A DNA stretch of 64,000 nt from Selaginella moellendorffii (Eukaryota > Plantae > Lycopodiophyta): NCBI RefSeq assembly GCF_000143415.4, contig NW_003314295.1:463512-527511 (forward strand). The letters run 5' to 3'. The notes beneath the pieces were generated by a model. It did not search any database, was not told where the DNA came from, and saw only the letters and a list, made by a program, of their open reading frames with translations. The position numbers and the translations under genes were made by a program. Of this stretch, positions 57,803 through 64,000 are shown piece after piece (positions within the stretch are counted from its first letter, which is position 1; each line of letters starts with the position of its first letter).

Positions 57803-59302
57803 ATGGAGTGTTTTAGAAATTCATATCTAAGCAGTGTTTTCGTCCTGAACAAGCAAATTGAAATGCACGGTAGATGTGGTAACATCAAGCACGCAGCTCA
57901 GATCTTCCATGCTATGGCCAAGAGGGACAAGTTCAGCTGGGATCTTTTGCTGGTTGCCTACTGCAAAAACGGGCACTTTGATGAAGCGCGAAGGTTCTTC
58001 AGCTGCATGCCGTGCTGGAGCCTTGTGTCATTTACTACTATGATTTCTGTTGCCTCCCAGAGAGGCCAAATGCAAGAAATACAATCCGTTACAAACTTGA
58101 TGCCAGAGCACGATCTTTTCTCTGTAAACGCGGTGCTTTTTGCATTTGCCGAAAATGGGCATCTTGATTTTGCCAAGGTAGTCTTTAGCAAAATGCCTGC
58201 TCGCAACTTGGTGTCGTGGACGACGATGCTGGGGGCTTTATCTCAGCTCGCGGATGTGGAAAGCACTTTTGAAGAGATGCCGGAGCACGATGTCGTCTCG
58301 TGCACTTGCGCAATTGCAGCATTCTCCCGTCACGGGCATCTGGAGTCTTCTCTGGAGCTCTTCCACGCCATGCGTGTGAGGAATCTCTCGACTTGCACGG
58401 CAATCCTCTCCGGCTACGTCCACTGCGGCCTCCTGAAAGAGTCTGAGCGCTTCTTTCACGATCAGATGCCACAGCACGATCTTGTCTCCGTCACAACGCT
58501 GCTCGTCGCCTACACCCAAAGCCAACGCCTTGAGGAAGCCAGCTGCCTCTTTGATTCTCTTCCGTACGTAGATGCCGTGTGTTGGAACGCCATAGCCACG
58601 GGATTTTCCCAGTGCGGCCTCCTGGACGAAACCACGAAAATCCTCGACAAAATGCCGGCATGGAATCTTGCAACCTGGAACACGCTGCTAACATCACACT
58701 CCTTGCAAGGGAATCTTACCGGGGCTATAAGAGTCTTTCACGAAATGCCAGACAAGAACTTGGTGTCGTGGAACGCCATGCTCTCGGCATATGCCCAAAA
58801 CGGGCATCTTTCTCTTGCAAGGAAGGTGTTCCAAACGATGCCCTTGCGCAGCGTTGAATCCTTCAGTGCAATGCTGACCGCATATGCCCAAGCCGGCAGC
58901 CCCAGCGACGTGTTTGATTCCTTCGAAGAGATGAAGCTAGTGGAGATGCCCGACGATTCCTGCTTCACTTTGGTGCTGATTGCGAGCAGTCAAGTTGGCG
59001 AGCCCAAAGTCGGCGGCTCCTACTTCAGCTCCATGCGTCTGGATTACGGGGTGGTGGCGAGGAAGCAACACTACTGCTGCATCGTGGACATGCTGGGGCG
59101 AGCGGGATACCTGGATGCGGCGGAAGAGCTTGCGCAAACCATGCCTTTTCTTCCCAACTCGTGGGACTGGACGTCCATGCTAAGTTCTTCCAGACGCGAT
59201 AGAATCTGGAAAAACGGTGCTCGAGTGACGAAACGAGCTTTGCTTTCGGGCCCCAGCGATGGAGCTGCTCTTGTGCTGCTCGCAAACTCACGCTCCTCTT
59301 GA
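57803..59302 (+). CDS. PLS-type (short-repeat) PPR protein
   Basis: MPxxNLVSW repeats; HYCCIVDMLGRAG...MPFLP. Confidence 0.85.
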   Translation: MECFRNSYLSSVFVLNKQIEMHGRCGNIKHAAQIFHAMAKRDKFSWDLLLVAYCKNGHFDEARRFFSCMPCWSLVSFTTMISVASQRGQMQEIQSVTNLMPEHDLFSVNAVLFAFAENGHLDFAKVVFSKMPARNLVSWTTMLGALSQLADVESTFEEMPEHDVVSCTCAIAAFSRHGHLESSLELFHAMRVRNLSTCTAILSGYVHCGLLKESERFFHDQMPQHDLVSVTTLLVAYTQSQRLEEASCLFDSLPYVDAVCWNAIATGFSQCGLLDETTKILDKMPAWNLATWNTLLTSHSLQGNLTGAIRVFHEMPDKNLVSWNAMLSAYAQNGHLSLARKVFQTMPLRSVESFSAMLTAYAQAGSPSDVFDSFEEMKLVEMPDDSCFTLVLIASSQVGEPKVGGSYFSSMRLDYGVVARKQHYCCIVDMLGRAGYLDAAEELAQTMPFLPNSWDWTSMLSSSRRDRIWKNGARVTKRALLSGPSDGAALVLLANSRSS

Positions 59303-59362
59303 TTCTTACTACTTTTCCGAAACTTTACCTTTATAGAATGGGTTATCGAATTTGGGCTCATA

Positions 59363-60142
59363 ATGGAGCAAGAAGCTCAATCGTTCTTCGATTCGGCCCC
59401 GCCTCTCCGATGGACGATGTGGTCGCGAGCGTGAATCGCTTCTTGGATATCTGGAAGGCGGCATCGGCCATCGGCCAAGGTTTATCCTTACTAGCATTTC
59501 TCATATTTTGGAGCCGAATCGCGTGATTCTAGAGGAGGCGCATTGCCGTTGTTACATCCGGGGGCACGACCGTGCCCTTGGAGCGACGATGCGTTAGGGT
59601 CATTGACAATTTCAGCTCGGGGAGTCGATCGGGAGTCGATGAGCAGCCTCCACAGAGTGCGTTATTCTTTTCTACTCATTCTTCTTTTATGATTTTTCTT
59701 TTTTTTTTTTTTTTTGCAAGGTACTTTTGGCTGCATGCAAGAATGTCTCGAGCCTGTGGATGGATCAATCCGGGGTAAGTGAAATCTGCCATTTATTTCT
59801 TCGAGAGTTTAACTCCTGCTTCGCAGTACGAGAAAAATGGTTTGATGTTGTGACTCGGGCAGTCACAGGACATCATTCTGTAAGCTCAGTTCTTGTTTCT
59901 CTTTTTGAGTTCTTAAGAATCAAAACAGGCGGTGCTCCAGAAGAAGCTGTTGAAGCTCGAGTTCACTACGCTCTTCGAGTACCTCCAAGTAAGAAATGTG
60001 CCGCGCAAACACTGGTTTCTATGACGGTTTTTCGTGGCAGATTTTAGAGATTGTTGGAGCTGCCATGAAACCAGTTGGCAGGCATGCTATGTTTTACTTT
60101 GCAGCGGCTGTCTCTGACTTCTACATCCCTTGGAACTCCATG
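59363..60142 (+). pseudogene. Phosphopantothenate-cysteine ligase (PPCS/CoaB) pseudogene, 3'-truncated
   Basis: MEQEAQSFFDSAPPL (frameshift), [29 protein letters not shown], 11-bp duplication gggagtcgatc, [15 protein letters not shown]; then abrupt AT-rich DNA. Confidence 0.85.
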
Positions 60143-60211
60143 GTAAGAACTTCTCGTCTTCTCTTGTTTTGTTTTCGGTGGAAATCTCAAAAATAATCTT
60201 CTCTAAGATCC

Positions 60212-62325
60212 TGTCAAAACTATCTCACCGAAAAATTAAATGTTTAAAGTGTCAGATATATTTAGGTTAAATATATTCAGGGAAGAAGCTCAAAGCAATC
60301 ATTTCCTTAAATGAACGAAACCATTTTTAGGGTTGGCAGTCCAGGAGGAGCGTGGGGTTTTGATAAATTTATATGGAATAATATACTCTAGGAAAACTAG
60401 TGTTGATTATACTTATATAGTGGGTGATAATATAAGAATTAGAGAGTCTAAAGTTAGAGTAAATATTGATGGATAAATAGAGTAAATTAGTGAAGTATTT
60501 AAGAGCTAACTTTAATTCTAACCTGTCAGAAAGATTTACTTATAAGCTTTTTCTAAATTCCTTGTATGTGAGTTTTAATCCAAGATCAAACAATATATAA
60601 AGCTTTTCACTTGGGTTCTTTTATTTAGAGTGTAAAAAAAGTTTAAAGCATTCTTATGCATTTCTAAGTAATGCAGATAAATCTTAGATAAAGCTTTTCA
60701 ATGAACTCTAAAACAAAATTTTAGGAATTAGCAGTTACAAAATCTTTATATTTTTTTATTCAGATATGTGTTTGTTAGTTTTAATGAGTGTTTTGAGAGT
60801 ATTTGAGTGAGATTTTTAAATTTACTTTTTTACAAGATTGTTATAAATGTTTTTAGAGTTTGGTTTCATGATTTTTAGAGTAGTGTACAAAAAGTTTAAA
60901 AGTTTTTTTTAAATCTTTTTGTTAGTTTATGCTTATAAGGAATTTTTAAAAGTTTGAGAGATTTTTCTTATATATTTATCCCTTGTATCATCTTATCGTT
61001 TAGTTTAGTGCCCTTGAGTATATATAGCTATTTGATGTCTCATGTATAATCATCTCTTTTGATTGAGAAACTTTTACTTGAATGGAGAACAACATCTAAT
61101 ATATAGTAAGTGTATAAGAGGTTATAAAGTGTTATAAAAAGTGATTTTAAAATCCTTGAGTGTTTAGCAAGCATAAAACCTTGTGATTGAGCTCTCCAAG
61201 CTCTAGACTAACATCATAGTATATACATAGTTTTTGTATTTGGCGCATTTTAGAAGTTTAATGTCTATTCATATGCATTAGTCAAGTGTTGTTGCTATAT
61301 AAACTCCTCTTTGGACACATATAACTTAAAGGAATTCTTAAGGTTTATATGCTAGTAATTATTAGACAATGTTGTTGGTAAATGAGTCTTCATCATTTAT
61401 AATAGATTCCAAAGAAGAGCACAATTAAAACATTACACCAATGGTGGCAACTATTCATATCCTTTATAGGGCAATGGACTTCCCAAAGTTCTATCTTGGA
61501 TCAAGTATTTTGGCTTACAATCATATTAATCAATTTCAAACTTACTTAAGATACAACAAAATCACCAAAGATGCTTTGTCCCAAGAATTATTCTTGAGAT
61601 CCTTAAAAACAATAGTAGTAGATTGGGCATCTTTCTTGCTTCCAAATGAATGATGGTCATTGTCTACAATGATTGACAAATTTCTCAAACAATTTAGAAT
61701 GGAGAAAACTAACTAACAACTCTACATAAACTGTTTTAAGTTTGGCAAATGCTGCAAAAGAATATCAATAACTACACTATCCAATTTAAAAAGTATTAGT
61801 GTGCATGTTTGCTATAGACAGATGAGAAGCCCATGGTGTCAGCATTCATCCAAAACTCAAGCTTGAAGTGCAACACAAAGTCCTCAAGTGCCAACATGAA
61901 ACTTGCAAACTAACATTTAGCTATGCATTAAAGGACATGCTCTTTGAGCTTGGCATGCACCATGACATCCACTCTTAACCAGGCTTCCAGGCCCAAATGT
62001 GTGCCATTCCCAATCTACCACATGTTGTTAAAGACAAGATGCCCACAGTGATTGAGTTGGTGCTTAATGAGCTTAAAGAGCATTGAGCATTTGTGCAACA
62101 GTAGACTCAATAGCAAGAGAAGCTTGTGGAGGAGCTACAATCTCTTAGGATGTAGACTGAAACTCGGTGGCATCATTACTGGTGCAAGAAATATAACGTT
62201 GATACACACAACATTGCAAGATGTTGGAACTCCATCTAGAACTTTGGCTTTAGTGACCACAGTGAGTCCAATGACAACCACTTGCAAACAACACAACCCT
62301 AGCTTCGTCCTCCATAGATTATCAT
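60212..62325 (+). mobile_element. Highly decayed LTR retrotransposon remnant (gag-like relic ~61440-61900)
   Basis: AT-rich and almost CpG-free; ELFLRSLKTIVVDWASFLLP resembles retrotransposon gag; it lies at the junction of the truncated PPCS and the duplicated PPR. Boundaries approximate. Confidence 0.5.
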
Positions 62326-62958
62326 GAGAATGACAGTCTGGGGCATTGAGCCAAACATGGTGACTTACAACAGCTTGATCCATGGCTTATGCATGACCAA
62401 CGGGGTAGACTCCACACTTTTGCTGATGGAAGAGATGACAGCAACAGGGTGCCTTCCGGATATCAACACCTACAACACACTTATTGATGGCCTTTGCAAG
62501 ACAGGAAGGGTGCCAGAAGCGAACAGGCTGTTTGGAGAAATGAAGGCCAAGTTTTGCAACCCAGATGTTATCACGTACAGCTGCTTGATTGGTGGGTTTT
62601 GTAAGCTAGATAGGATCAACATGGCTTGCACGTTGTTCGATGACATGCTCAAGCAGGCAGCCCTCCCCGACGTCGTCACATTCCCGACACTAGTGGAAGG
62701 ATACTGTAATGCTGGACTGGTGGATGACGCCGAGAGGCTTCTGGAAGAGATGGTTGCTAGTGACTGCTCTCCAGACGTGTATACGTACACAAGCCTGGTC
62801 GACGACTTCTGCAAAGTCAAAAGAATGGTGGAGGCGCACAGAGTTCTCAAGCGAATGGCCAAGGGGGGGTGTACAGGAGCTTGACCGGTGGCTTCTGTGG
62901 GACTGGGGACCTGGAAGAGGCTCACAAGATGCTCGAGAGACTGGAGCACAACGAGAAC

Positions 62959-63146
62959 CGTTGGAAAATGGATCTGCCAATCCATGCCTACCACAGGCCA
63001 TCCAACCATAGCTCCGATACCATATTGGAAAATATGGTCTACTAGACAGGCCAGGGATTAAACCCAAGACCTCCTACACTAGTGCCAGGTGCTCTACCAC
63101 TGAGCTACCTGCCCTGGTTGTGTGCATGTTCAGCTTAGTTCTAACA
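62959..63146 (-). mobile_element. Miniature LTR element (TRIM-like) with a tRNA-derived LTR
   Basis: 5-bp TSD AGAAC (62954-62958 / 63147-63151); minus-strand ends TGTTAG...CCAACG; LTR 63146-63023; PBS TGGTATCGGAGC 63022-63011; tRNA-like fold 63114-63043. Confidence 0.8.
63043..63114 (-). pseudogene. tRNA-like sequence inside the LTR (not a functional tRNA)
   Basis: GGGCAGG/CCTGTCT acceptor stem, A-box TAGCTCAGTGGTAGAGC, decayed B-box GGTTTAATCCC, imperfect anticodon arm. Confidence 0.75.
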
Positions 63147-63651
63147 AGAACTGCAAGGCAGATATGTTCGCGTACCGGATGATGATGGACGGGCTGTGTA
63201 GAACCGGGAGAATGAGCGCAGCTCTGGAGCTTCTCGAGGCCATCAAGCAGAGTGGCACGCCTCCTCGCCACGATATCTATGTGGCGTTGATCAGGGGGCT
63301 GTGCCAGGGGAAAGAGCTCCGCAAAGCCATGGAAGTTTTGGAAGAGATGACGCTCTCAAGGAAAGGCAGGCCAAATGCCAAGGCTTACAAGGCGGTGATC
63401 CAGGAGCTAGCGAGAGAAGGGAGACACGAAAAGGCAAATGCACTCTCAGACGAATTACTTGGTAACAAAGGCCAGTAAAACGAGATTTGTAATCACAAAT
63501 CCGGAACATTGTGTGAACACTATCTGGGATGTTTCCTAAGGTTTTTCGCAGAAATCAGCAACCATTCAACTATTTAGTTTGAATTTGCTTCTAATTTTAT
63601 CTATAAAAGCCCTCTTTCAGTGTTTAAAATTCACTTAGGAACTCTTCTTTC

Positions 63652-64000
63652 ATGGCTCTTCCATCCATTGCGAGGATTTTCGCAGCAGAGAAAAGCTATT
63701 CCATTCCACCAGTGTGTAAACTCCTTGCCTCTCCAGTGTTGAATCCGCTGTACGATGCAAAGGCCGACGCTCAGATCGATGCGTGGTGCGCGGAGTTTCT
63801 GAAGTTGCAACCTGGAAGCGAGAAAGCTGTGTTTGTTCAAGAAAGCAGGCTTGGATTGCTCGCGGCTTATGTTTACCCCAGCATTCCATACGAGAAGATT
63901 GTTCCGGTTGCAAAGTTCTTCGCTTGGTTCTTTCTTGCAGATGACATTCTGGATAGCCCGGAGATCTCCTCGTCAGACATGAGATATGTGGCAACTGCAT
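63652..64000 (+). CDS. MTPSL: Second MTPSL terpene synthase (runs off window end)
   Basis: MALPSIARIFAAEKSYSIPPV...WFFLADDILD; open frame to the window edge; TATAAAA at ~63602. Confidence 0.88.
   Translation, partial: MALPSIARIFAAEKSYSIPPVCKLLASPVLNPLYDAKADAQIDAWCAEFLKLQPGSEKAVFVQESRLGLLAAYVYPSIPYEKIVPVAKFFAWFFLADDILDSPEISSSDMRYVATA

Larger units (their letters stand above)
62326..63478 (+). pseudogene. 5'-truncated duplicate of the P-class PPR gene
   Basis: Matches 55006-56089; ~125-bp deletion with frameshift near 62870, 188-bp insertion, many CG>TG/CA changes. Confidence 0.92.

Noticed and set aside
63043-63114. Amber suppressor tRNA (CTA at the anticodon position)
   Set aside because: Position 33 is A rather than U, the anticodon stem is mismatched, the T-loop reads TTTAATC, and it lies inside a TSD-flanked insertion.

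Overview
Eukaryotic plant nuclear DNA, almost certainly the lycophyte Selaginella moellendorffii. This is inferred from very short GT-AG introns, tight gene packing, expanded PLS-type PPR genes and microbial-type terpene synthase (MTPSL) genes. 1-1.9 kb is AT-rich, TE-like DNA. 1.9-12.3 kb is a rearranged zone with an inverted duplication, three copies of an orphan 121-aa ORF, several broken copies of the neighbouring CemA-like/DLDG1 gene, a Crinkler/RHS-type NTPase-nuclease pseudogene and a PPR pseudogene. 12.3-60 kb is gene-dense: DLDG1-like, a TFxP-repeat/EF-hand protein, TFIIIC 90-kDa subunit, PPRs, TRM/DUF4378, a giant non-RD kinase, 2-Cys peroxiredoxin, an RVxW/CaaX protein, a UGT, an EF-hand protein, F-box/WD40, PMI1-related, DUF1644, MTPSL and a PPCS pseudogene. 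60-64 kb is a decayed retroelement followed by a tandem duplicate of the PPR-3'/MTPSL segment. The strongest candidate for an undescribed system is a cluster of four stand-alone RNA polymerase III B-boxes (TFIIIC binding sites, no tRNA gene) directly upstream of the TFIIIC-90 subunit gene, suggesting TFIIIC autoregulation in a plant. Second is a miniature LTR element whose LTR is built around a tRNA-like cloverleaf. All family assignments come from motif recognition by eye; no database search was run.
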